This document shows positions 1 to 8,385 of a DNA stretch of 24,000 nucleotides, one piece after another; position 1 is the first letter of the stretch; each line of letters opens with the position of its first letter. The translations under genes and the position numbers were made by a program. A model generated the notes under the pieces. It had not been told where the DNA came from, made no database searches, and saw nothing but the letters and a program-made list of their open reading frames with translations. Source of the DNA: Bryobacterales bacterium (GTDB lineage: Bacteria; Acidobacteriota; Terriglobia; Bryobacterales; Bryobacteraceae); the NCBI GenBank assembly GCA_016713735.1, contig JADJOP010000001.1, positions 131,242 to 155,241 on the forward strand, written 5' to 3'.

Positions 1-814
1 TGGTGACCTCAGCCACGTCGCGGATGTAGACCGGAGTCGAGCCAACCTCCTTCAGCACCACCGAGCGGATGTCATCCAACGTGCGGATGAGACCGATGCC
101 GCGCACCAGGAACAACTCCGGACCTCGCGGCAGAATGCCGCCGCTCGAGTTCGCGTTGTTGCGCGCCAGCGCCTGGTACACGTCCTGAATGGTGACGCCG
201 TAGTAGCGCATCTTAATCGGATCGACGAGCACCTGATACTGCTTCACATAACCGCCCGTCGAGTTGATCTCGGCCACGCCGGGGATCGATCGCAGCAGGG
301 GGCGCGCCACCCAGTCCTGCACCGTGCGGCGCTCCACCAGTTCGGCTTTGCTCAGCTCGCGTTCGCCATCCGACGGATGTTCCAGCGTGTATTGGTAGAC
401 CTCGGAGAGCGCCGACGAGACGGGGCCCAGCACAGGGTTGATGCCCTCGGGCAGGCGCGAGCGCACATCGCCCATTCGTTCGGCCACCAACTGGCGGGCG
501 AAATAGACCGGTGTGCCGTCGGTGAACACGAGCGTGACAATGGACAGGCCCGGCTCGTTTTGCGAGCGCATCTCGGTGAGGCCGGGAATGCCGGTCATCC
601 CGATTTCCACGGGCACCGTGACGATGCGCTCCACCTCGTCGGGCGAGCGGCCGGGGACCTCGGTCGCCACCTGCACCTGCACGTTAGTCACATCGGGAAA
701 GGCGTCCACCGACAGACGGCGCGTGGCATCGAGGCCGAACGCAAGCGCGATGAGCGCGCACACAACGACGATAATGCGTTGTTGGAGAGAGGCGTTCACA
801 AGGGCGCTGAGCAT
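1..814 (-). CDS. czcA: Heavy-metal-efflux RND permease, CzcA/CusA family (N-terminal 271 codons only; gene continues past the window start)
   Basis: Not in the ORF track because it is truncated. My reverse-complement translation from ATG 814..812 gives MLSALVNASLQQRIIVVVCALIALAFGLDATRRLSVDAFPDVTNVQVQVATEVPGRSPDEVERIVTVPVE... The 'DAFPDVTNVQVQ' block is the HME-RND hallmark. The frame stays open to position 2. The start lies 3 nt after the adaptor-gene stop (818-820). Metal specificity cannot be read from sequence. Confidence 0.85.
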   Translation of the reverse strand, partial: MLSALVNASLQQRIIVVVCALIALAFGLDATRRLSVDAFPDVTNVQVQVATEVPGRSPDEVERIVTVPVEIGMTGIPGLTEMRSQNEPGLSIVTLVFTDGTPVYFARQLVAERMGDVRSRLPEGINPVLGPVSSALSEVYQYTLEHPSDGERELSKAELVERRTVQDWVARPLLRSIPGVAEINSTGGYVKQYQVLVDPIKMRYYGVTIQDVYQALARNNANSSGGILPRGPELFLVRGIGLIRTLDDIRSVVLKEVGSTPVYIRDVAEVT

Positions 815-817
815 CGG

Positions 818-1990
818 CTAATCTCCGTCGCTTCCGCGCACGGCACGGCGGCGCCGCTCGTTGTTCAGATGGAAGGCCCCGTCAATGACGATCTGGTCGC
901 CTTCCCGCAGGCCTTCCAGCAGCACGCGGCTTGAGCCATACTCAGGGCCCAGCATCACCGGCCGCAACACAAAGGTGTCGTCGTCGACTCGCACAAACAG
1001 GTGTTCGGCATTCTCCTCACGAACCACGGCGGCCAGCGGCACCACCTGGCGCCGTTCGGTCTGGTTCTTCAGCACCATCGTCGCCAGCATCGCCGGCTTC
1101 AATTGCCGGGCGGGATTCTCAATCTCCATGCGCGCCCGCACGGTGCGCGTCTCCGGATTGACCGTGGCGCTGACAAAGGTGAGAATCCCCGGGAAATGCT
1201 CGTTCGGCAGCGCGGCCACCTGAGCATCCACGGACATCCCCACGACAACGGACCCGGCAATCTGCTCGGGGACGTCGGCCACCAGCCAGACGTGCGACAG
1301 GTCGGCAATCTCAAAAACGGTTTCCGCCGGCTGGATCACTTGCCCGATGGTGACGTGACGGTCGAGCACGGTGCCGTCGCTGCTGGACACAATCCGCGAC
1401 ACCGAGAGAATGTTGCGTGTGCTTTCGAGGTTGGCGATGGCCTCCTCGTGCATGCCGAGCAACTCCAATTCGTCCCGCGCGGCGGCAAGCTCGGCGGTGG
1501 CCTGAGAGAGTTCCGCTTCGCGCCGCTGCAGTTCCGCCGAGCCGATCACATCCGCCTTCAGCAGTTGCTCCGCCCGTTGCACGGCACGCTCGGCCACCAT
1601 CCTCTGCGAAAGCGCCTTCAGGAAGTCCAGCTGGGCATCGGAGAGGCCAACCGAATTCAACGTGGCCAGCACCTGGCCCTTGCGCACACGCTCACCTTCC
1701 CGCACGTGGAGAGTCGCGATGCGGCCCATCACCGGCGAACCAACCCGCGTCACCCGCGTTTCATCCACCTCCACCCGGGCCGCCACCGTCAGCGTCGCGC
1801 CGACATTCGCCCACTGCGGCTCGCCCAGGCGCACCCGCTTGCGCAGGTTGTCGTCAAGATCGATCTGCATGGGGTCTTGCGGCGCGCCGGCGGCCGGCTC
1901 CGCCGCAGCGCTGGCCGCACCTTCCTTCTTCGAGCAGGCGGCCGCCAGAAGCACTGCGGCGAGGACTAGCGAAGTGTGAATTCTGGTCAT
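818..1990 (-). CDS. czcB: Efflux RND periplasmic adaptor subunit (MFP/HlyD-like, CzcB-like), lipoprotein
   Basis: 390-aa ORF. The N-terminus MTRIHTSLVLAAVLLAAACSKK carries a lipobox (LAAAC). It has a coiled-coil hairpin (AELSQATAELAAARDELELL) and barrel-sandwich/beta-barrel style segments. It sits between a TolC-like gene and the RND pump gene. Confidence 0.85.
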   Translation of the reverse strand: MTRIHTSLVLAAVLLAAACSKKEGAASAAAEPAAGAPQDPMQIDLDDNLRKRVRLGEPQWANVGATLTVAARVEVDETRVTRVGSPVMGRIATLHVREGERVRKGQVLATLNSVGLSDAQLDFLKALSQRMVAERAVQRAEQLLKADVIGSAELQRREAELSQATAELAAARDELELLGMHEEAIANLESTRNILSVSRIVSSSDGTVLDRHVTIGQVIQPAETVFEIADLSHVWLVADVPEQIAGSVVVGMSVDAQVAALPNEHFPGILTFVSATVNPETRTVRARMEIENPARQLKPAMLATMVLKNQTERRQVVPLAAVVREENAEHLFVRVDDDTFVLRPVMLGPEYGSSRVLLEGLREGDQIVIDGAFHLNNERRRRAVRGSDGD

Positions 1991-1996
1991 GATGGT

Positions 1997-3259
1997 CTAC
2001 CTCAAGGAAGTGGCGCGGGCTTCGTCCAGATCGATCAGCGCGGCCTGGCGGTCAAACTGGGCATGGTGGAGTTCAAGCCTCACCGTGCGCAGCACACGCT
2101 GAGCGTCGAGAACATCGAGAATGCCGCGCTCACCCAGGCGGTAAGCAGCCTCGGCTGCGCGCAGCCCTTCCTCACCGGCGCGCAGAACACCCTCCTGATA
2201 CGTCATCAACTGCTGCGTGGCCAGTTGATAGCGGCCATAGGCCCCCTCCATCGCGGACAAAAGCTCGTTGCGCCGCACTTCCGCCTCGGCGGCGGCTACA
2301 CGCGTTTCCGCCACCGCTTCGGCAATCGGCCCCTCGCGCCGATTCCAGAACGGCAGCGGAAGCGAAATGCCGGCCCGGTAAATCGGGACGTCGGGCGGCC
2401 TGTCAAAACCGGCCACAATCGACGGCTGCGGCCGGCGCTGCGCGGTCTCATACGAAAGCCGCGCCTCCGAACGGCGAATCTCTGACTTGGCGCGGGCCAG
2501 GTCGGGGTGCCGGTCCACCACCTCCTGCCGCAGTTGCTCCAGCGGCGGAAGCTGCGCATCGGGATCAAGCGAACCAGCCAGCGTGATGGGATCGCCCAAC
2601 GGCGCCGCAACGGCGCCACGCAACTGCGACAGCGCGGCCACTGACCGCAATTGCGCGCTCAACACCGCCGCCCGGGCCGTCGCCAGTTCTGCGTCGGCGC
2701 GGTAGAGTTCCAACCTTCCCGCCTCGCCCACATCCACACGGACCTTGATCCGCTCCCGGAAATCTTCCACCGTGCGCAGGTTCTCGCGCAGAATCTCAAT
2801 CTCGCCCTGGAATCGCAGCGCTTGAAAGAAGGCCCGCCTCACCGCGGCCAGCACCGAGAGCCGGATCGCGGCAAGCTCCTGCGCGCTCACCTCCCGCGTC
2901 CGTTCCGCCAGCCCGATCCGGGCCGGGCGCAGTTGGCCCAACTCCAGCGGTTGAGAGATGCTGTACGACTGGACGAAGCCGGAAACGTTGCCGGGAACGC
3001 GATACGTCTGCCCTCCCCCTTGGGCCAGGGCCTCGGGGTTGGGTCGGGCCTTGGCGGTGGTAATGCCCGCCGCGGCCGCATCCATCCGCGCCGATCCCGC
3101 CTTCAGCCGGGGGTGGTTCTCCTCAGCCAGCGCCAGCGCCTGCTCCAACGTGATGACGGCCGCGGGAACGGGCGACGTCGCACAGGAAAGCAGACAGAGA
3201 GCGGTGCGGACAACCGCGTAATGCGGGAAGTGGCGTAAACGTAGTTTGTAAAAGTTCAT
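1997..3259 (-). CDS. czcC: TolC-family outer-membrane efflux protein (CzcC-like)
   Basis: ORF 1997..3280. I prefer ATG 3259 (MNFYKLRLRHF...ALCLLSCAT, a lipobox-like signal) over the TTG at 3280. Two OEP-like repeats show an alpha-helical Leu/Ala/Arg/Glu-rich pattern. It is the first gene of a C-B-A ordered operon. The exact start is uncertain. Confidence 0.8.
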   Translation of the reverse strand: MNFYKLRLRHFPHYAVVRTALCLLSCATSPVPAAVITLEQALALAEENHPRLKAGSARMDAAAAGITTAKARPNPEALAQGGGQTYRVPGNVSGFVQSYSISQPLELGQLRPARIGLAERTREVSAQELAAIRLSVLAAVRRAFFQALRFQGEIEILRENLRTVEDFRERIKVRVDVGEAGRLELYRADAELATARAAVLSAQLRSVAALSQLRGAVAAPLGDPITLAGSLDPDAQLPPLEQLRQEVVDRHPDLARAKSEIRRSEARLSYETAQRRPQPSIVAGFDRPPDVPIYRAGISLPLPFWNRREGPIAEAVAETRVAAAEAEVRRNELLSAMEGAYGRYQLATQQLMTYQEGVLRAGEEGLRAAEAAYRLGERGILDVLDAQRVLRTVRLELHHAQFDRQAALIDLDEARATSLR

Positions 3260-3424
3260 CGAGTGGTGAGACACACACAATCCCTCAAGACACCCCCTCG
3301 AATCACCTCATGAAGATTTCCTCATTTTAGCGCAAACGGAGAGGGGGAAGGCTAGTTTTACGATCACGGATGCGGTGCAGGGGAAACGCCGACTCAGGCG
3401 AGTGTCAGAACAGCAAGGTGTATT

Positions 3425-3442
3425 GGAGGAAACCCCTCCTCC
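3425..3442. other. Perfect 6-bp stem / 6-nt loop hairpin in the largest intergenic region
   Basis: GGAGGA-AACCCC-TCCTCC. It lies ~120 nt downstream of the MBL gene stop and upstream of the czc operon. No U-tract follows on the minus strand, so it is not a convincing intrinsic terminator. Confidence 0.2.
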
Positions 3443-3562
3443 TTGACACCTTTGGCTGACAGTATCTACACCACGTGCTGTCAAAGAAGACGCAACCAGG
3501 CGCCGAAGGGATGCTGGCCAGTCGAAAGTCTCAGATCCCTATCTATACCAAGATATACCGGA

Positions 3563-4738
3563 TTAACGTGCCGTGTACGGGCCGTGCACCGAACGCACAC
3601 GGAACGACTCCGCGCTGTCGTCGAGAACGATCACCTGGAAGGTCTCCCCTCCCGCGGCGACCCGCAACACGATGTGGCCCTGGGCGCTCTTCAACTGGTC
3701 CAGCGAGGGCCCGATCACGAGGCGGTTCCCCTCGAGCATCCCGGTGGCAAACACATCGCGCGGACCAGGGTAGATGCGCGTGTTCATCAGGCGGTGCCAG
3801 ACATCTTCGCCGGGATGGTTCGAGGTCCAGACCGGAATCAGGAAGACCTGCGGACGCAGCGCGGCCAGCAGAAAGGCATTCGTCGAATCCCGATTCCCGT
3901 GATGGTTCAGGATCATCGCCTCAACCGGACCGACGACCTGGGCGACCGGGGTCTCCACGTCGTTCCAGATGGGCGCCCATTCGTTGCGCACTCCGGGCAT
4001 GTCGCCGCCGGAAAAGAAGTCGAACTTGCCATAGCTCAACCGGAAGGCCATGCTGCACATGTTTTCGCTGGGGTAGTCAGCGGGTTGCAACGTGGCGATG
4101 GGCGGGAAATGCTGGCGGGTGTTGGTGCCGGCGCCGGTCCAGATCTCGCCGTTGGCGGCAATGTTGCGGATCTCGAAGTTCTGGTACTGCGCCGGCGCGC
4201 GCTTGAGAACGAGTTGGTCGTTGCGGCCCGGCACGAGGCGTTGGACCTTCACCCCGGCCTTCGACTGGGCCTCGGCGAACGCGCGGTAAGCGGCCAGCCC
4301 CTTCTGGGCCGCCGGATAGTCGTAGCTGGGCCATCCGCGATCCACAAGCGCGCGAAAAGGAATGTGCCTGGCGACCTCCGTGATCGCCCCCATGTGGTCG
4401 CTGTGGAAGTGGGTCAGGTAGGCGTAGTCGATAGCGGGCGTTGCGTCGTGGCGCAGCATGTGGCGCACGTAGCGCGCGATCCACTCACCGGCCGGGCGCG
4501 AGGCGTCGGGCTTGGGCGCGGTGCCGCGAGGCGGTTCGTGATTGCCGTCGCCGGCATCGACCAGCATCGTCGTGCCGTCCGGCAGGAGGAACAGCGCGCT
4601 ATTGCCTTTGCCGGTGTTGATCTGGTGAATGTCGAGCGTGCCCGGCGTCCAGGCAGGCAGAGGCTGGCCCACGGTTTGCGCAAGCGCCGGCAGGCAGAGC
4701 AAGACCCAGATGGCCCCAAGGCCGAGCAGGATGCGCAT
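3563..4738 (-). CDS. Secreted MBL-fold metallo-hydrolase
   Basis: 391-aa ORF. It has a Sec-type signal (MRILLGLGAIWVLLCLPALAQT), the metallo-beta-lactamase motif LTHFHSDHMG (HxHxDH), and an upstream 'MLVDAGDG' strand. The ATG lies 3 nt after the DUF1501 stop. Confidence 0.8.
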   Translation of the reverse strand: MRILLGLGAIWVLLCLPALAQTVGQPLPAWTPGTLDIHQINTGKGNSALFLLPDGTTMLVDAGDGNHEPPRGTAPKPDASRPAGEWIARYVRHMLRHDATPAIDYAYLTHFHSDHMGAITEVARHIPFRALVDRGWPSYDYPAAQKGLAAYRAFAEAQSKAGVKVQRLVPGRNDQLVLKRAPAQYQNFEIRNIAANGEIWTGAGTNTRQHFPPIATLQPADYPSENMCSMAFRLSYGKFDFFSGGDMPGVRNEWAPIWNDVETPVAQVVGPVEAMILNHHGNRDSTNAFLLAALRPQVFLIPVWTSNHPGEDVWHRLMNTRIYPGPRDVFATGMLEGNRLVIGPSLDQLKSAQGHIVLRVAAGGETFQVIVLDDSAESFRVRSVHGPYTAR

Positions 4739-4741
4739 GGG

Positions 4742-6199
4742 TTAGGCGAAGAGGTCCGTGACGATCTTGCCCTTCACCAGCTCGCGCGGCTGGTTCAGGT
4801 GGTTGCGGATCTCCATCTCCGGGTCGATGCCAAGAGCGTAGTAGAGAGTCGCCAGCAGGTCGTTCGGGTGAACCGGCTTCTCCTTCGGGCTGGAGGCCGT
4901 GGCGTCGGATTCGCCATACTGCATGCCGCGCGCGATGCCCGCCCCGGCGACGACCGCCGAGTAGCAATACGGCCAGTGGTCGCGGCCATCGGGACTGTTC
5001 GAGTTGCCGCTCGTGGAGACGCCCATGCGCGGGCTGCGGCCAAACTCACCGATGGCGACCACCATGGTGTCCTTCAGCAGGCCGCGCTGATCCATGTCTT
5101 CGAGCAACGCCGAGAGCGAACGGTCAAGCTTCGGGCAGTGCAGATTCTTCAGCGGACCAAAGTTGGCGGCGTGCGTGTCCCAGGCCGTCTTCTCCGGATC
5201 GCCGTTGGCCACCGACGGCCAGTTCACCTGCACGAAGCGCGTGCCGGCCTCAATCAGGCGGCGCGACATGAGCACGCTCTGCCCGAAGGTGTGCCGCCCG
5301 TAACGCTCGCGCACCTTGTCCGGTTCCTTGGTCAGGTCCATCGCGTCGCGCGCCTTGCCGTTGAGCACGAGGTCGTAGGCCTTGCCGTAGTATTCGTCCA
5401 CCGCCGAGGCGTTGAGGGCCTTCTCCAGTTCGGGCATCGAGCCGTTGATGCCCTTGAGCAGTTCAAAACGGTCCTTCAGACGGCTTGCCGGCATGTCCTT
5501 GCGCAAGGCGAGATCGTCGATGGTCACCTGCTGCGCCGGGTCCTGGTAGAGCCGGTAGGGGTCATACGCCTTTCCCAGAAAGCCCGCCGCGCCGCCCTTA
5601 CCGATAATGCCCGATTCCTGCAGAGGCCGCGGCAATTCCACAAACGGCAGCACGGCGTCAGTAGGCGGCTTCAGTTTGCTCACATGGCTGCCCGCGGTGG
5701 GGAAGTCCGCGCCATTGGGCGGCTCCAACTGGCCCGAAGGCGAAACCTTGTCCGGCGGATAGCCGGTGAGCATCTGGTAAATGGCCGCCGTGTGGTTGAA
5801 CAGGCCGTTCGGCGTATAGCTCATTGAGCGGATGAGCGTCACCTTATCCAGCGTGTTGGCCATCATCGGCATGTGTTCGCCGATCCATGTGCCGGGGATC
5901 TTCGTCTTGATCGGCTTGAACTCACCGCGGATATTGGCCGGCGCATCGGGCTTGGGGTCCCAGATGTCGATGTGGCTGGGACCGCCCTGCAGGAAGATCA
6001 TGATCACGTTCTTCGCGTTGCCGAAGCCGCGCGCCCCGGCATACTTGGCGGCGGCGTTAGTGGCCGCGGCGGCCTGTTGCGAACGGAAGAAGCCGGGCAG
6101 GTGGAGACCGGCCAGGCCGAGCGAGCCGATACGCATCAACTCACGGCGTGTGGGGCCCTCACAGGTGCGTCCGGTGTGGCGTCCAGGGATGTTCAGCAT
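4742..6199 (-). CDS. DUF1501 domain protein (sulfatase/alkaline-phosphatase-like fold) with Tat-type signal
   Basis: 485-aa ORF. The N-terminal twin-arginine segment is TRRELMRIGSLGLAGLHLP. Blocks typical of DUF1501 are present (FLQGGPSHIDIWDPKP, RFVQVNW...WDTH, GEFGRSP, GRDHWP). An AAGGAG SD lies 6 nt upstream of the ATG. Confidence 0.85.
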   Translation of the reverse strand: MLNIPGRHTGRTCEGPTRRELMRIGSLGLAGLHLPGFFRSQQAAAATNAAAKYAGARGFGNAKNVIMIFLQGGPSHIDIWDPKPDAPANIRGEFKPIKTKIPGTWIGEHMPMMANTLDKVTLIRSMSYTPNGLFNHTAAIYQMLTGYPPDKVSPSGQLEPPNGADFPTAGSHVSKLKPPTDAVLPFVELPRPLQESGIIGKGGAAGFLGKAYDPYRLYQDPAQQVTIDDLALRKDMPASRLKDRFELLKGINGSMPELEKALNASAVDEYYGKAYDLVLNGKARDAMDLTKEPDKVRERYGRHTFGQSVLMSRRLIEAGTRFVQVNWPSVANGDPEKTAWDTHAANFGPLKNLHCPKLDRSLSALLEDMDQRGLLKDTMVVAIGEFGRSPRMGVSTSGNSNSPDGRDHWPYCYSAVVAGAGIARGMQYGESDATASSPKEKPVHPNDLLATLYYALGIDPEMEIRNHLNQPRELVKGKIVTDLFA

Positions 6200-6219
6200 G
6201 ATCGTCTCCTTCGCTTCGG

Positions 6220-8385
6220 CTAATACACGTAGAGGAAGCCCTTGCTGTTGAGCAGGGCCCAGAGAAGGTCTTGTGCGCGGGTGGCGCGTGGTCCGCCCGC
6301 AAGATACTTGGTGGCCTGCTCGCTTTCGGCCTTCGACGGCAGGCGCGTGAGCGTGGCCAGGTAGAGGTCATCCACCATCGCGGCGTCGGTCATGCCGGCA
6401 AGCACGTTGCGCGCCACGCGGCCCTTGGGATCGGCGACGGCATCGGAGATGGTCTTGCCGTTGATCAGGTTGAGCGCCTGCGGCAGGCTGAAGTCCGTGC
6501 GTCTCTCACACTCGCACACCGATTCGCGCGAGGGCCGTCCAAAGAGGTCGAGGAAACCCTCGGCGCCGACGTGCGGATCAGGCAACTGCGAGGCGTTCGT
6601 ATCCTCGGGCACATCGGGGAACTTCGGCCGCACCCCGGCGGCCAGCGTGACGGCGTTCATCAGCGGCTCGGCGTTCATGCGGCGCGGCATGGCGTGGGAG
6701 AAGTTGGCCACATCGCCCGCGTTCCACTCATTGGTGACGAAGGAGGCCTGGTAGGAGCGCGACTTCACGATGTTGCGCATCAGGTGTTGCAGATCGAAGT
6801 TGTGCGCGACCAGGTCGTTCGTCAGCGCCTCCAGCAGGGCCGGATTCGCGGGCGGGTTCGAAGCACGGATGTCGTCCACCGGATCAATGATGCCCTGGCC
6901 GAGGAAGTAGCTCCAGATGCGGTTGGCAATGGCTTTGGCGAAAAACGGATTTTCCTTCGAGACAAGCCAGTCAGCCAGCGCATCGCGGCGGCGGTCGTCG
7001 CTCGGAATCTTCACCGCGGCGGTGGAGGCAATGAGGAACTGCGGCGCCATCACGCGGCTGTCCTTCGGATGCTTCATCTCATAGTTGGCGCGCAGGTCGT
7101 AGACGATCTCTTCGCCCACCTCATAGCCGGGACGCAGGCCCACGGCGGAGAAGAAGGCCGACATCTGGTAGTACTGGTTTTGCGTCCAACGCTCAAACGG
7201 ATGGTCGTGGCACTGCGCGCACACCATGCGCACGCCGAGGAAGACCTGGGTCGTCTTCTCCATCGCCGGCTTGGCGTCGCGCACGCCGCGGAAATAGTTG
7301 CCCGCCGGCTCGTCGTAAGTGGAGCCGCGCGCGGTCAGCAGTTCGCGCACCATCTTGTCGTAGGGCTTGTTTGCGGCCACCGAGGAGCGGATCCACTCAT
7401 GGAATCCGTACGCGCCCTTTTCGCCCAGGAACTTGCGCGACGATTGCAGCAGGTCGCCCCACTTCACGGTCCAGTGGTCGACGAACGCGGGACTGCCGAT
7501 GAGTCTCTCGATCAGGCGGTCGCGCTTGAGCTTGGAGGGTGTGGCGTCGGCGAGAAACGCCCGCGCCTGTTCCACGCTGGGGAGCTGACCGGTGAGGTCG
7601 AGCGTCACACGCCGCAGGAATTCGGCGTCCGTGGCGGGCGGCGAGGGCTGCACCTTGAGTCCCTTCAACTTGGCGTCGATGTGCTGGTCGATGTAGTTGC
7701 TCTGCGCGAGTTGCTTCCACACGAACCCGGGCTTCGGGTTGAGAACGGTGACGGGAATAGTGGAGAACTTGCCCTGGTAACGCACCAGCAGCGTCGCCTC
7801 GCCAACGCGTTCACCCTTTACCGATGAGGCTGGGCCGACCACGGCAAGATCGGTGACGTTCGATTCGACCGTGGCCTCGCGCGTGACATCACGCGTCTGC
7901 CCGTCGGCGAATCGCGCGCTCACCTTCACCTGCGCCGTTTCACCCGGCTTCTCCATGCGGATCACGGCGGGCGTCACCTCGAGCGCGGCAACGGCATCCT
8001 TCGCCGGATCGCCGTAAGGGGAGCCCTGCGAAATCCAACGCTCGATGATTTTGAAGTAGTCCGAGTCTTTCTCGAACCGCAAACCGCCGCCGTGTGGCAC
8101 CAACTGCGCGGGCTTGGCCAGCATCAGGCTGCGCGCCGGTTCAGCGCGGTTGAAGCGGCGCCCGGAGAGATCGTAGAGCAGCGCCTCGTAGTCAAATTGC
8201 GGATCGTAGCCGCGCAGCGAGAGCTTGAACCCGTTCTTGCCCTTGGCCGCGCCATGGCACGGACCCGAGGTGCAGCCCGCCTTGTTCAGAATCGGCGCGA
8301 CGTCGCGAAGGAAGGTGACGGGTTCGGCGGCGGCCAGCGGCCAGGCAAGCGCCAGCGCACTAAGGCCGGGTAACAGATGACGCAT
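6220..8385 (-). CDS. DUF1549 (PSCyt2) / DUF1553 (PSD1) domain protein with N-terminal Cx4CH motif and Big_2-like domain
   Basis: 721-aa ORF with signal peptide MRHLLPGLSALALAWPLAAAEP. Motifs in order: 'AGCTSGPCHG'; an Ig-like segment (LEVTPAVIRMEKPGETAQVKVSARFADGQTRDVT); a DUF1549 block (FLRRVTLDLTGQLPS...DHWTVKWGDLL); a DUF1553 block (RMVCAQCHDHPFERWTQNQYYQMSAFF). A GAGGAG SD is present upstream. Confidence 0.85.
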   Translation of the reverse strand: MRHLLPGLSALALAWPLAAAEPVTFLRDVAPILNKAGCTSGPCHGAAKGKNGFKLSLRGYDPQFDYEALLYDLSGRRFNRAEPARSLMLAKPAQLVPHGGGLRFEKDSDYFKIIERWISQGSPYGDPAKDAVAALEVTPAVIRMEKPGETAQVKVSARFADGQTRDVTREATVESNVTDLAVVGPASSVKGERVGEATLLVRYQGKFSTIPVTVLNPKPGFVWKQLAQSNYIDQHIDAKLKGLKVQPSPPATDAEFLRRVTLDLTGQLPSVEQARAFLADATPSKLKRDRLIERLIGSPAFVDHWTVKWGDLLQSSRKFLGEKGAYGFHEWIRSSVAANKPYDKMVRELLTARGSTYDEPAGNYFRGVRDAKPAMEKTTQVFLGVRMVCAQCHDHPFERWTQNQYYQMSAFFSAVGLRPGYEVGEEIVYDLRANYEMKHPKDSRVMAPQFLIASTAAVKIPSDDRRRDALADWLVSKENPFFAKAIANRIWSYFLGQGIIDPVDDIRASNPPANPALLEALTNDLVAHNFDLQHLMRNIVKSRSYQASFVTNEWNAGDVANFSHAMPRRMNAEPLMNAVTLAAGVRPKFPDVPEDTNASQLPDPHVGAEGFLDLFGRPSRESVCECERRTDFSLPQALNLINGKTISDAVADPKGRVARNVLAGMTDAAMVDDLYLATLTRLPSKAESEQATKYLAGGPRATRAQDLLWALLNSKGFLYVY

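Noticed and set aside
3443-5827. 794-aa plus-strand ORF, the longest in the track
   Set aside because: It lies entirely antisense to the MBL-fold and DUF1501 genes, which have clear motifs and signals. Its translation is Arg/Ala/Gly/His/Val-rich with no recognisable domain. This is a typical stop-free shadow frame in high-GC DNA.
6271-7827. 518-aa plus-strand ORF
   Set aside because: It is antisense to the DUF1549/DUF1553 gene and has the same low-complexity Arg/Gly/His/Val composition. No start context or motifs.
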